Of a stretch of DNA of 64,000 bases, positions 9,611 through 18,898 are shown piece by piece (position 1 is the stretch's first letter; each line of letters starts with the position of its first letter). Source of the DNA: an uncultured delta proteobacterium (GTDB lineage: Bacteria; Desulfobacterota; Syntrophia; Syntrophales; Fen-1087). Under the pieces are notes generated by a model. The model was not told where the DNA came from. It did not search any database and was given only the letters and a program-made list of their open reading frames with translations. The position numbers and the translations under genes were made by a program. Where the stretch lies: positions 257,323-321,322 of the forward strand of contig CAVUOQ010000012.1 in the NCBI GenBank assembly GCA_963743175.1, given 5' to 3'.

Positions 9611-10681
9611 ATGTCCGTCAATCCCGTCAAGTATCATTGTCGGCACCTGGTAAAACTGGCCTTGTTGCTTTTCGTGATCCTTCTGATCACGGGCTGTGCA
9701 ACAAAAATCAAGGTGAACATGCTGAAACCCGCACAGTATCACCAGGCGTCCCTGATGAAGACCGTCGCCGTCCTGCCCTTTAGCGGACCGCACGGCAGCG
9801 AGTTTACGGCAGAACTGGAAGGGATCCTGGGCAGCATCAACATTGACGACAAGGCCTATTTTACACTGGTTGACCGGGCTGCCATCGATAAGACCCTGTC
9901 AGAGCAGAAACTGTCACAAAGCGGCCTGATTGACTCCAGAACGGCGGCCAGGATTGGTCAGATGGTGGGGGCGCAAGGTATTTACACCGGCATCGTCACG
10001 CTGGCAAAAGCCACGGACAGCCCCTATACGGAGAAGCGTTCCGAATGCGTCCAGCGGCAGATCAAAAGAGACGACAAGGGGAATCAATACGAGGGGAATT
10101 GCATCCGTTACCGGAATTACAACGTCAACTGCACGAAGCGACTGGCCCAGTTTGCCGCATCCCCCAAGCTGATCGAAGTGGCCACCGGTAAAATCATCTA
10201 TTCCAACAACCTGAAGGGTTCAGCCGCCTCCGCCGGCTGTGAAGACGGAACCGCCATCAAAGGGGCGGAGGAACTCCTGGAGACGGCAAAAAATACCGTA
10301 AAGCGGGACTTCCGCAAGGATATTGCACCCTTTTATGAAACACGGGAAGTCGCCCTGATGGATTCCACGGACGGCATCGATTCCAGTACGGCCAAGGAAA
10401 AGCTCAAACAGGGCATCCAATTTGCCGGGAAAGGCAGGATGGACAATGCCTGTGAACTCTGGGGAGAAGCCGGCAACCTTGCACCCAACGCGGTTTCCCT
10501 GGTCTATAACCTGGGGGTCTGCGCGGAAAGCCGCGGCGACGCGGAGGCTGCGCTGGTGTTGTACAGGAAGGCGGAAAGGCTCATAGGAAAGCCGGAGGAC
10601 AACATTATCCTGGCCATCACCCGGACCTCCGATGCGGTCAAAAACCAGAAGAAGTTGAAGGAACAAATGAAAAGCCCGTAA
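9611..10681 (+). CDS. lipoprotein with CsgG/FlgO/LpoB-like N-domain, Cys-rich insert and TPR-like C-terminus
   Basis: Lipobox LLITGC, then TVAVLPFSG...LSEQKLSQSGLIDSRTAARIGQMVGAQGIYTG. The C-terminal helical repeats resemble TPR. Starts 12 nt after the previous gene. Confidence 0.75.
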   Translation: MSVNPVKYHCRHLVKLALLLFVILLITGCATKIKVNMLKPAQYHQASLMKTVAVLPFSGPHGSEFTAELEGILGSINIDDKAYFTLVDRAAIDKTLSEQKLSQSGLIDSRTAARIGQMVGAQGIYTGIVTLAKATDSPYTEKRSECVQRQIKRDDKGNQYEGNCIRYRNYNVNCTKRLAQFAASPKLIEVATGKIIYSNNLKGSAASAGCEDGTAIKGAEELLETAKNTVKRDFRKDIAPFYETREVALMDSTDGIDSSTAKEKLKQGIQFAGKGRMDNACELWGEAGNLAPNAVSLVYNLGVCAESRGDAEAALVLYRKAERLIGKPEDNIILAITRTSDAVKNQKKLKEQMKSP

Positions 10682-10767
10682 GCTTTGACTGAAGGGTAGG
10701 TTCGTACGCAAAGCTCTCAGCACCATGAAACTCGAATGGGGTGGTTTGATATTCGCGGGGTTTCAGG

Positions 10768-11781
10768 TTAGAGAAATATGCTATTTACATCGCAACTGCT
10801 TCTCTTGCCTATCTTTTCGTAATGTTCCCGGATCCATGCGTCTGCCTTGGTCCGTCCGTTCTCCCTGAGATAACACAGCCAGTCCCAGTCGACATTCGCC
10901 TTGCTGCTGCCGCTGTAATGATTCATGAGATCGCCCGTGCTGATGTAATGGATGTTGGTTTTGATAAGCCGCCCGTCGTCGTCAAAGCCCTTTTCGATGA
11001 TCTTCGTGACAAAACTGATGGCGCGCATCTCACGCATCAGGCTGGAATTGAAGCTGATGTCCGTGGCCCTGTCAACGATTTCCGACATCTTCGTGGGCAC
11101 CTTGTTGTAGTCGATGTTGTCAATCTGGATCAGCATGAGGTCCGTACACTGTGTTTGCTCAAAAAGCGGGAACATGGCCGGATTGCCGATATAGCCGCCA
11201 TCCCAGTAAAATTCTCCGTCTATTTCAACCGCCTGAAATACATGAGGCAGACAGGCGGACGCACAGACGGCGTCCGCGGTGATTTCGGGATTGTGAAAGA
11301 TCTTGACCTTGGATGTACGGATGTTGGTGGCCGTCAGGAAGAGCTTGTGCTTACGCTCTTTTTGAATGGCATCAAAATCAATGACATCGAGAAGCAAGTC
11401 CTTCAAATGATTTTTCATGAGCGGATTCCACTGATACGGTGAAAGGGATTTGGAAATCATGGAAAAAAACCAGAAAAACGGATTGAAATCAATATTTCCA
11501 TTGCTCAACATTTTGTCGAAGATCGTCGGCTGCAAGGGAGAATATTGCTGGGATTCCGAATTTTTCCGCCAGAACTCGCTTAATACGTCCCTGGCTGCCT
11601 CGTTTCCCCCCTGAGTGAGCCCATAGATCAGACATGCGCCATTGACCGCTCCGGCACTGGTGCCCGAAACACCGACAATTTCCAGGCCTTTTTCCTCCAG
11701 CAGACGATCCAGGACCCCCCAGGTGAAGGCGCCATGCGCCCCGCCGCCCTGCAACGCCAGGTTCAGTTTTCTTTTTTTCAT
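10768..11781 (-). CDS. patatin-like phospholipase
   Basis: GGGAHGAF oxyanion motif and GTSAG nucleophile elbow. Confidence 0.9.
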   Translation of the reverse strand: MKKRKLNLALQGGGAHGAFTWGVLDRLLEEKGLEIVGVSGTSAGAVNGACLIYGLTQGGNEAARDVLSEFWRKNSESQQYSPLQPTIFDKMLSNGNIDFNPFFWFFSMISKSLSPYQWNPLMKNHLKDLLLDVIDFDAIQKERKHKLFLTATNIRTSKVKIFHNPEITADAVCASACLPHVFQAVEIDGEFYWDGGYIGNPAMFPLFEQTQCTDLMLIQIDNIDYNKVPTKMSEIVDRATDISFNSSLMREMRAISFVTKIIEKGFDDDGRLIKTNIHYISTGDLMNHYSGSSKANVDWDWLCYLRENGRTKADAWIREHYEKIGKRSSCDVNSIFL

Positions 11782-11906
11782 AATGTGACAATCCTTTTAA
11801 AGCGCGCCTTTTCTATCAGGATTCCCATCCGAAATCCACAATTAAAGCAAACTCGCACCAGGCGTTGTCTTGTGCAACGGATGCTTTCATGTTTTTTTCG
11901 GGCTAT

Positions 11907-12659
11907 TCAACCCAAGGGCACATCCATTCCTTCGATAAAGGCCTTCACGTTTTTGCCGAGCACACCGTGGTTATATCCGCCCTCCAGGATGCCGAAACAT
12001 CCCCCCTTGTTCTTCTGGCTGGCCTCCCGGACCATGCGTCCCATATCCTGATAATCCTGAGTGGAAAGGAGCCCTCCCCAGTCGTTGATGTGATTATCAA
12101 ATCCGGCGGAGACGCCGATGATATCGACGGATCTTGAGAAAAGCCATTTTTCGACGCTGCTGACATAGTCCCTGCGGCTGGACGCAGCGGGATTGTAGAG
12201 ATCGACATAGCCCCGGCTGCCCAGGATATTGACGGTGCCGTCGCCAAAATGAAGGTCAAAGTCAAGCACGAGCGCGGTCTTGATTTTATTGTCCCGTTTG
12301 AGTTTTTCCAAGGCAATGGCCATGTTGTTGAAATAGCAGAATCCCCAGTAGCTGCCTGCGGAAGCGTGGTGCCCCGGCGGCCGGATCAGGGCGAAACAGG
12401 GCTCGCTCAAACCGATTTCGGCGGACTGAATGGCGCCGCCCGCCGCCAGCGCGGCAATGTCATAAACCCCGTCCCTTCTGACCATCTCTACATGTGAACG
12501 GGTATGGACCGCGGCAATGTCCTTCTCGGCGGCCGGAACTGCATCAACAAAGGTCACCCGGTCCTGAATTTCCTTGAGCACGGCATCGATGCGGCCTTCC
12601 GCCGCCGCGGGGTCCATGGTGTAACTCGGCAAGAAATCCTTGTGATAGATCACTTTCAC
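11907..12659 (-). CDS. histone deacetylase-family (Zn-dependent) deacetylase
   Basis: IRPPGHHA, FCYFNN and LDFDLHFGDG motifs. Confidence 0.85.
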   Translation of the reverse strand: MKVIYHKDFLPSYTMDPAAAEGRIDAVLKEIQDRVTFVDAVPAAEKDIAAVHTRSHVEMVRRDGVYDIAALAAGGAIQSAEIGLSEPCFALIRPPGHHASAGSYWGFCYFNNMAIALEKLKRDNKIKTALVLDFDLHFGDGTVNILGSRGYVDLYNPAASSRRDYVSSVEKWLFSRSVDIIGVSAGFDNHINDWGGLLSTQDYQDMGRMVREASQKNKGGCFGILEGGYNHGVLGKNVKAFIEGMDVPLG

Positions 12660-12745
12660 GGCAACACCTCCTGAAAAAAAATTATGTGAATTCCCCTCAC
12701 CCTCATCTCCTCACACCGGGGAAGGGGTCAAGACACATCAGGGCC

Positions 12746-13195
12746 TCAATGTTCTTGCTTTTTTATGAATCCAATAGCCTGCAATAGCCTTATCGTATTT
12801 TGCGAAACCGGCAGATGATCAAGATCCGCCGGCGCCAGCCAGCGGGCGTCGAGGGCATCGTCAGCGCCCTTCGCATCGCCGCTGATATAATCGGCGGCAA
12901 CATCGACGATCACAAAATGGAACCGGATGCGGCCGTCCTCCTTCCGTTCGAAAAAATCAAAAGCGTAGATGGGTTCCCGCGCCCGGATCGTCACGCCCGT
13001 CTCTTCGAAAATTTCCCGCTCCGCCGCCTGCTGGAGGGTTTCGCCCAGTTCAAGGGAGCCGCCCGGGATCGCCCATAATCCTTTGCTCGGTGCAACACCA
13101 CGTTTGATCAATAGAATTTCACCCTCCCGGATCACCACCGCACCGACTCCGACGACGGGACGATCCGGGTATTCACGTTTCGACATGACGCGCAC
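12746..13195 (-). CDS. NUDIX hydrolase
   Basis: Nudix box GGSLELGETLQQAAEREIFEETG. The start may be the ATG at 13186. Overlaps the upstream NRDE gene. Confidence 0.9.
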   Translation of the reverse strand: MRVMSKREYPDRPVVGVGAVVIREGEILLIKRGVAPSKGLWAIPGGSLELGETLQQAAEREIFEETGVTIRAREPIYAFDFFERKEDGRIRFHFVIVDVAADYISGDAKGADDALDARWLAPADLDHLPVSQNTIRLLQAIGFIKKQEH

Positions 13196-13961
13196 TCCCC
13201 GCGATTCCGAACTGAAATTTCGCCGTCACCCAGGGCTCGGACCCGCCGTTGTAAATCCGTTCCATAAACGTGACACGCCGCTGACGGTTGACCAGCAGCA
13301 GGCTTGAGGAACGGGTGCCGTAAACGGGGCTCGTGATGAACATTGAAGACAGAATCCGTTCCCATTCCAGACCGATGCCCGTATCGGGCAATTGCCGGTC
13401 CTCAGGCCGGGTCTGATCCTTCAGGATGGAGAACAGCTCCTCCGGAAGGGGGTCGCCGGTTTGCGACAGGAGTGCGCCAAGCCGCTGTTTCCCCCTTTCG
13501 ACTTTGGACCAGGGGGTATTGAGCAGACTGTTGCTCAGACCGTACAGACCGGGCGTTAATTCAATCGTCCCGTTCCGGTTGGAAAAATAATACAGGTGAG
13601 ACGGATCCCCCAGAATCACGCTGAACCCATTATATTGATCCGCCTGCTTTTCCAGTTTTTTCAAATAGGCATCGGCATCTTCCTGAGAGCAGAGATAATC
13701 CCTGACCAGCCAGCCGCGCGATGGGGCCTGCAATTTCACGGAAGCGGGGTCGCGGAAGTTGGTCAGCGCCGCCATCCTGCCCCCTCGGGTGATTCCCAAC
13801 CATGTGCCGCCCTCCTTGAGGTCGCGGCCGGCCAGCAGATCAGGCCTGTCTTCCCAGAATGACGCCGGCGCCGACGGCCGATCATAAAATTCATCCCGAT
13901 TCGCCGCAAATACAAGCGGGTAAACAGGGTGCTGTTTATAGGAAAAAAGGATCAGGCACAT
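13173..13961 (-). CDS. NRDE-family (TANGO2-like) protein
   Basis: N-terminal MCLILF..., the FAANRDEFYDRP motif, and GGTWLG. Confidence 0.85.
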   Translation of the reverse strand: MCLILFSYKQHPVYPLVFAANRDEFYDRPSAPASFWEDRPDLLAGRDLKEGGTWLGITRGGRMAALTNFRDPASVKLQAPSRGWLVRDYLCSQEDADAYLKKLEKQADQYNGFSVILGDPSHLYYFSNRNGTIELTPGLYGLSNSLLNTPWSKVERGKQRLGALLSQTGDPLPEELFSILKDQTRPEDRQLPDTGIGLEWERILSSMFITSPVYGTRSSSLLLVNRQRRVTFMERIYNGGSEPWVTAKFQFGIAGSARHVET

Positions 13962-13999
13962 TGTTGTCTTTCATGATGAGCAACCATTTAAGTCCCCGG

Positions 14000-14788
14000 T
14001 CATGAGGTTGCAGATCGCGTCTTGACCATCTCCAGAATCCCGGACATCGCCTCCCCCGCCGAATGGTTGATGACCACATCGGCACTGCCGTCATAAGGGG
14101 TGTCATCCCGATTGATGATCACGAGTCTCGCCCCGGCGTTCTTGGCGTACATCGGCATATAGGCCGCCGGATAGACCACGAGCGACGACCCGACGACCAT
14201 GAGCAGATCGCAGTTGCAGGCATGATGCGTGGCCTGGGAGAGGGTTTCCGGGGGCAGGGATTCTCCGAAAAAGACGACATCGGGTTTCAGGATGCCCCGG
14301 CAACGCTCGCAAGCCGGGACGTCGTCCGCCGGCAGGGGCTTCGCCAGAATATCCTCAAGACGATAGGCTTCATGGCAGTCCAGGCACCTGAGCCAGTTCA
14401 TATTGCCGTGCAGCTCATAGACATGTTTCGGATCGTTGCCTGCCTTCTGGTGCAAGTTATCGATGTTCTGCGTGATCACACAAGTCAGTTTGCCCAGCCT
14501 TTCCAGCTCGGCAATGGCCAGATGGGCGCGGTTCGGTTCGGCCTGCGCGAAGAGCCCTCCTTCCATGAGGATACGCCATTGTTTCTTTCTTGTTTCCGCG
14601 CTGTAAAGAAATCGTTCAATCGTAAAATCTTCCGGATCGAATTTCGTCCAGATCCCGCCCGGGCTGCGGAAATCGGGAATGCCGGATTCCGTGCTCACCC
14701 CGGCGCCGGTAAAAACCACCACCCTTCGGGCCGCGACAATCATCGCCGCCACGTCCTTTATTTTCTGACCCAAAGAAACATCCTTCAT
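14000..14788 (-). CDS. cobB: NAD-dependent protein deacylase (Sir2/CobB family)
   Basis: GAGVSTESGIPDFRS, QNIDNLH, ELHGN, and a Zn ribbon CLDC..CERC. Start chosen at ATG 14788 (MKDVSLGQ) after the RBS GGAGAGG, rather than the ORF-track start at 14908. Confidence 0.9.
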   Translation of the reverse strand: MKDVSLGQKIKDVAAMIVAARRVVVFTGAGVSTESGIPDFRSPGGIWTKFDPEDFTIERFLYSAETRKKQWRILMEGGLFAQAEPNRAHLAIAELERLGKLTCVITQNIDNLHQKAGNDPKHVYELHGNMNWLRCLDCHEAYRLEDILAKPLPADDVPACERCRGILKPDVVFFGESLPPETLSQATHHACNCDLLMVVGSSLVVYPAAYMPMYAKNAGARLVIINRDDTPYDGSADVVINHSAGEAMSGILEMVKTRSATS

Positions 14789-14940
14789 GTCCTCTCCTGC
14801 CGGGAAGAAATAATGTGCGTAAACACCAACGTCCTGCATGATATCGGACGTTTTAAAATGCTCTGAGCGAAAGGCGGATAACGATACACGATTCCGGGTA
14901 AAAAACAAAACGAAAAGGTGCGACGGCTTGAGAGCTTATT

Positions 14941-15717
14941 CTAAAAACGACCGTGTTTCCCTATTCCCTGCGAAAACTTTTTCACCCCTGCCTGCAGCTC
15001 ACCCGCAGCAATCACCTCCATACCCAGGCGAAACTCCAGATCCATTGCCTCATCCATCGACAGATCAAAGCCCCGATGTACGGACTGACGGTCACTGCGC
15101 ATGCATGTCTGGGGGTAGGCAGCGATCTGAAAAGCCAATGCTTCCGATGCTTCTCTCGCTTTTCCCCGTTCAACGAGTCGGTTGGCAAGTCCCATGACAA
15201 GGGCTTCCTCACCGCTCACAGGGCGGCCGGTGAGAATCATGTCTAACGCGCGGCTCATCCCAATCAATCGGGGGAGGCGTTGCGTACCGCCATCGATGAG
15301 AGGGACACCGTAGCGCCGGCAAAAGACCCCGAAAACGGCGTCCCGCTCCACGACCCGCAGGTCACACCAGCAAGCCAGCTCCAATCCTCCAGCTACGGCA
15401 TAACCGGATACGGCCGCAATGACAGGCTTGGATGTTCTCATTCGACTTGGACCCATCGGACCTGGCTTGGACATGTCGGAATCAAGGTTGTTGACCGCGT
15501 TCAGATCACCTCGGGCTATGGCTTTGAGATCAGCTCCGGCGCAAAAGTTTCCCCCTTCACCATACAACACGGCCGCAAGCAGGCTGCCGTCCTGTTCAAA
15601 ATCTTCGAAGGCCTCGACAAGTTGTGTCGCTGTTTCCCGGTCTACGGCATTTCTGCTCTCGGGTCTATTGATGATGACCGTGCAGATCACACCCTTTTTT
15701 TCCACCAGAACTTTCAT
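14941..15717 (-). CDS. enoyl-CoA hydratase/isomerase (crotonase) family protein
   Basis: INRPESRNAV, GNFCAGADLK and GYAVAGGLELA. Start at 15717 (MKVLVEKKG) after the RBS GGAGGA. The ORF-track start is 15732. Confidence 0.9.
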   Translation of the reverse strand: MKVLVEKKGVICTVIINRPESRNAVDRETATQLVEAFEDFEQDGSLLAAVLYGEGGNFCAGADLKAIARGDLNAVNNLDSDMSKPGPMGPSRMRTSKPVIAAVSGYAVAGGLELACWCDLRVVERDAVFGVFCRRYGVPLIDGGTQRLPRLIGMSRALDMILTGRPVSGEEALVMGLANRLVERGKAREASEALAFQIAAYPQTCMRSDRQSVHRGFDLSMDEAMDLEFRLGMEVIAAGELQAGVKKFSQGIGKHGRF

Positions 15718-16052
15718 GTCTGTATCCTCCATTCTTGGATAAATTTTCTTATTAAAAAAGTTGGGATAGAATCGTCTTCATCCGTATTGTGGCCTCGTCG
15801 GAAGGTGATCCTTTTTTTCAAAAAAAATCAATGGATTTTATTCCGTCGATAATGGATAAATAAGCCACTCTTCTGATTCAAATACAAGCCGTCCATTTCG
15901 ATCGGCAGCCCTGATTATTGATTGCGGGCTGAAACATGCAAGGCTGATCTGTTTATTTTCCCACAAAAAAACGCATGTCTTCCTTGAAGTCGTTAATTGA
16001 CAATATCTGAGAAGTATGCAAGATTTCAAACACAAAGCAGAAGGAGGGATCC

Positions 16053-16505
16053 ATGAAAAAATTTACATTAGTCAGCCTGATGGTCAGTTTGTGTATCTTT
16101 AGCAGTGGTATGGTAAATGCGTCGGATCAACTGCAAATCATATTCCATGATGGTACCTCTCAAACCGTTAATCTGAATAAACCTACTCGCAGTATAAGAA
16201 GTATCAATTTCCGTGGAGATCTCACAGCATCATCTCAGGGCACAATTGCTGTGGTTGCCGGCACATACGGTAAGAATTGCGGGGCATCTTATGGAAACAA
16301 GACAGAACATTTAGCCAGCGCCTGCAACAATCGATCTCAGTGCGAATATATCATCGATTATCGGGTAATAGGTGATCCAGTTGTCGGTTGTGGGAAGGAT
16401 TACGTGGCCGAGTGGCGTTGCGGAAACGATGCGACCACTCATCGGACTTCGGCATCTCCCGAAGCGGGTTTCGGTAAAAAGATTAGTCTCTCCTGTCCAC
16501 GGTGA
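16053..16505 (+). CDS. small secreted Cys-rich protein, SUEL/rhamnose-binding-lectin-like by eye
   Basis: Signal peptide, then IAVVAGTYGKNCGASYGNKTEHLASACNNRSQCEYIIDYRVIGDPVVGCGKDYVAEWRCG. RBS GAAGGAGGG. Confidence 0.7.
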   Translation: MKKFTLVSLMVSLCIFSSGMVNASDQLQIIFHDGTSQTVNLNKPTRSIRSINFRGDLTASSQGTIAVVAGTYGKNCGASYGNKTEHLASACNNRSQCEYIIDYRVIGDPVVGCGKDYVAEWRCGNDATTHRTSASPEAGFGKKISLSCPR

Positions 16506-16753
16506 TCGTGCGACAAATTGTTGGCATCGGAGGACTAACACCGTGGATTTTATGGCTTAAGCATTCTCGCAAGACAACAGCTGGATCATTTACGGGTAAG
16601 GCAGACGTTATGGAACAGTAGAGAAGAGGTTCCTTCAACCCAAGCGTACTTGTCACAAATGCACAACTTCCTGTTGTCAATAGAAATCGGATCGCCGAGG
16701 GGATACAATATTTTTATCGCAAATCAATAGACACTTTTTGGCGTAAACTTTTT

Positions 16754-17038
16754 ATGAAAGACGCAATCGAGCTTCGAGGCTTTATGTGGTTGACGGATCT
16801 GTTTCGGGAAAGAAACTGGCCCAACCCCTACCATTTTCACATAACCGGGAAGCTCACGGGGGAACAGCTTTTGGCCATGCTTGATATACCCAGGGAGAAG
16901 GTGGAAGGAATTTTTGTGAACGGCCGTGTATCCCCAGTGCAATTTACATTGATCAACCCGGGAGACCGTGTAGCCCTGCTTCCCCCCGGCACACCCGGTC
17001 CGTACAGGGTGCTTCTGGGCATAAGAAGTATAAGGTGA
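16754..17038 (+). CDS. ThiS/MoaD-like beta-grasp (ubiquitin-fold) protein
   Basis: ..LDIPREKVEGIFVNGRVSPVQFTLINPGDRVALLPP.. resembles ThiS/MoaD/Ub-Mut7C domains. There is no C-terminal GG. Confidence 0.5.
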   Translation: MKDAIELRGFMWLTDLFRERNWPNPYHFHITGKLTGEQLLAMLDIPREKVEGIFVNGRVSPVQFTLINPGDRVALLPPGTPGPYRVLLGIRSIR

Positions 17039-17263
17039 ACTGGATTGCGCAAATCCGGGGACGTCTTACTGATTTCAGCTTTGCAATGTAGCCCGTAACT
17101 TCCTGAAATGCTGTTTTCCTAATTCAGCCCATCCGTCCAATATTTCTAATGAAAATCGTTAATCTTGATTTCAATTGTAATATTACAAAAAAAGGTTAAA
17201 ATGACTATCTAAAACAGAAGACAATCCGAAGATGCTCACCTTAAAAAAGACGGGAGAAACGTC

Positions 17264-18577
17264 ATGAAAACAACCATCCGTTTATTCATGTCTGTCATTT
17301 TTGTAGCTTTTTTACTTTCTTCGTGTGCCACCATGCCGGCGGGAAAAACCGAGCCCGTATCTCTTATGTATATTGAGGGCGTTGTTCAAGGGATTTCAGG
17401 AAATGAACTCGTATTAGAATTGAAATTGCCAGAGTTTAAAAAAACACCGGAATCCCCCGTTAGTGAAATCGCCCAGCAGGTGGCTCAAAAGAGTATCCTG
17501 ATTGAAGGCGTAAAAACGAATGTGGATGGAAAGTCTGCCCTCGTCAAGGAGATCCGTGGTAACACCGTTATAATCACGTTGGAAACGCCCTTCCCTTATC
17601 CCGTCGGTTCCATACTGAAATTGAAGATTCCGAAAAAAACGATCGCGATCGTGGATTTCGAGGTCATCAGGGGAAAAGAAAAAGAGATTGGAAGGGTAAC
17701 CATGGAAAACCTGGCCTCGGCCCTGATCGACTCGGGCCAGTTCATTGTCGTTGAACGATCCAAGCTGAAAACCATTATGAACGAGCTACAGCTCAGCGCC
17801 AGTGGGCTGACGCGAGAAAAGCCGGAGCAGGTGATTGGCAATCTGTTTGTCGCCGATCTGATCCTGACGGGAACATTTGCAGAGATAAAAGGGGAGTGGG
17901 ACATCAACCTGAGGCTCGTCAATGTCCGGACCGGCCAGGCCATGGCGGCAATTCCGTTCCGCACGAGGCTGTTCGCCCCGACGGAGATGCGGGATGCAGG
18001 TTCGTTGAATGAGGACTTTGAAGACCTAAACCTGAATCCTTCTTGGATTCAGAGAAGCGGTAAGGGAGGCGGCGGACGGGGGGGAAAAGGAAAAAAACCA
18101 GCCTATCTTGAGATATTGACCGACCGCCAGGAGGGCGCCGTCGGATCCAAGCATTCTGTAAGAATAGACTTCAACTTCAATGAAGACATGAAACAAATGA
18201 TGGCGGCCATCGATAACCGGAAAAAGCGTGATTTGTCTCTGTACAGTGGCGTTGAATTTTATATAAAGGCAACAGAACCCCTGAATGGCCAGTTTGATGT
18301 CCTGACCTCGTTTCCGGAAGATCCCAATAGAATGGATCGTTGGTTTGGCACTTTTAAGATCGATACAACTTGGCAAAAGGTCAGGGTACCATTCGACAAC
18401 TTGGTAATTGCTCGTGGGTGGATCAGGGCGGGGGCTCAAAAACAAGCTGCGAAGCTTGGTGATCAAATTTTAAGGATAGACCGCGTAGAGGGCTTCCGGA
18501 TAGGAATCAACAGTGATAAAAATCAAACAATCTCAGGAAAAGTCTGGATAGACCAGATCATGTTTTACGGTGATTGA
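17264..18577 (+). CDS. lipoprotein: CsgG/FlgO-like module fused to a CIA30/CBM11-like beta-sandwich
   Basis: Lipobox LLSSC. IAIVDFEV...VVERSKLKTIMNELQLSASGL...DLILTGT. Gly-rich linker GKGGGGRGGKGKK. C-terminal ..VEFYIKATEP..FRIGINSD..GKVWIDQIMFYGD. Confidence 0.8.
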   Translation: MKTTIRLFMSVIFVAFLLSSCATMPAGKTEPVSLMYIEGVVQGISGNELVLELKLPEFKKTPESPVSEIAQQVAQKSILIEGVKTNVDGKSALVKEIRGNTVIITLETPFPYPVGSILKLKIPKKTIAIVDFEVIRGKEKEIGRVTMENLASALIDSGQFIVVERSKLKTIMNELQLSASGLTREKPEQVIGNLFVADLILTGTFAEIKGEWDINLRLVNVRTGQAMAAIPFRTRLFAPTEMRDAGSLNEDFEDLNLNPSWIQRSGKGGGGRGGKGKKPAYLEILTDRQEGAVGSKHSVRIDFNFNEDMKQMMAAIDNRKKRDLSLYSGVEFYIKATEPLNGQFDVLTSFPEDPNRMDRWFGTFKIDTTWQKVRVPFDNLVIARGWIRAGAQKQAAKLGDQILRIDRVEGFRIGINSDKNQTISGKVWIDQIMFYGD

Positions 18578-18613
18578 AGTTACCGGCCACTCGGTTTCTT
18601 ATCTGGGGGGTAT

Positions 18614-18871
18614 TTGTTTTACTTTCTGTACTACATAATCATTCATGGCAATATGGCTTGCGGCATCATAAACGATCATCTGATTGTCCGGGTTGGCTTG
18701 GAAAGATACGAGGCTTCTCTGAAATTGCCGCATGCCGGAAAATTTGATATTACCGGCAAACCAATGAAGGGGTGGGTAATGGTTTCATCCGAGGGGTACG
18801 AAACGGACGATGATTTGTTTGAGTGGGTTCAACATGGCTTTCAATATGCGTCGTCTCTGCCCCCCAAATAG
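18614..18871 (+). CDS. TfoX N-terminal-domain-like protein, apparently N-terminally truncated
   Basis: ..GNMACGIINDHLIVRVGLERYEASLKLPHAGKFDITGKPMKGWVMVS..DDDLFEWVQHGFQYA. Only a TTG at 18614 or the ATG at 18653 is available as a start. Confidence 0.45.
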   Translation: MFYFLYYIIIHGNMACGIINDHLIVRVGLERYEASLKLPHAGKFDITGKPMKGWVMVSSEGYETDDDLFEWVQHGFQYASSLPPK

Positions 18872-18898
18872 CGAAAGATTCATTGGAGTATTGCCCCT

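Noticed and set aside
12746-14788. Sir2 plus Nudix as a possible NAD-depleting anti-phage system (Thoeris/DSR-like)
   Set aside because: The sirtuin has the full housekeeping CobB layout (Rossmann motifs and a CxxC..CxxC Zn ribbon) at normal size, with no TIR, SLOG or effector-sensor partners. A metabolic deacylase reading fits better.
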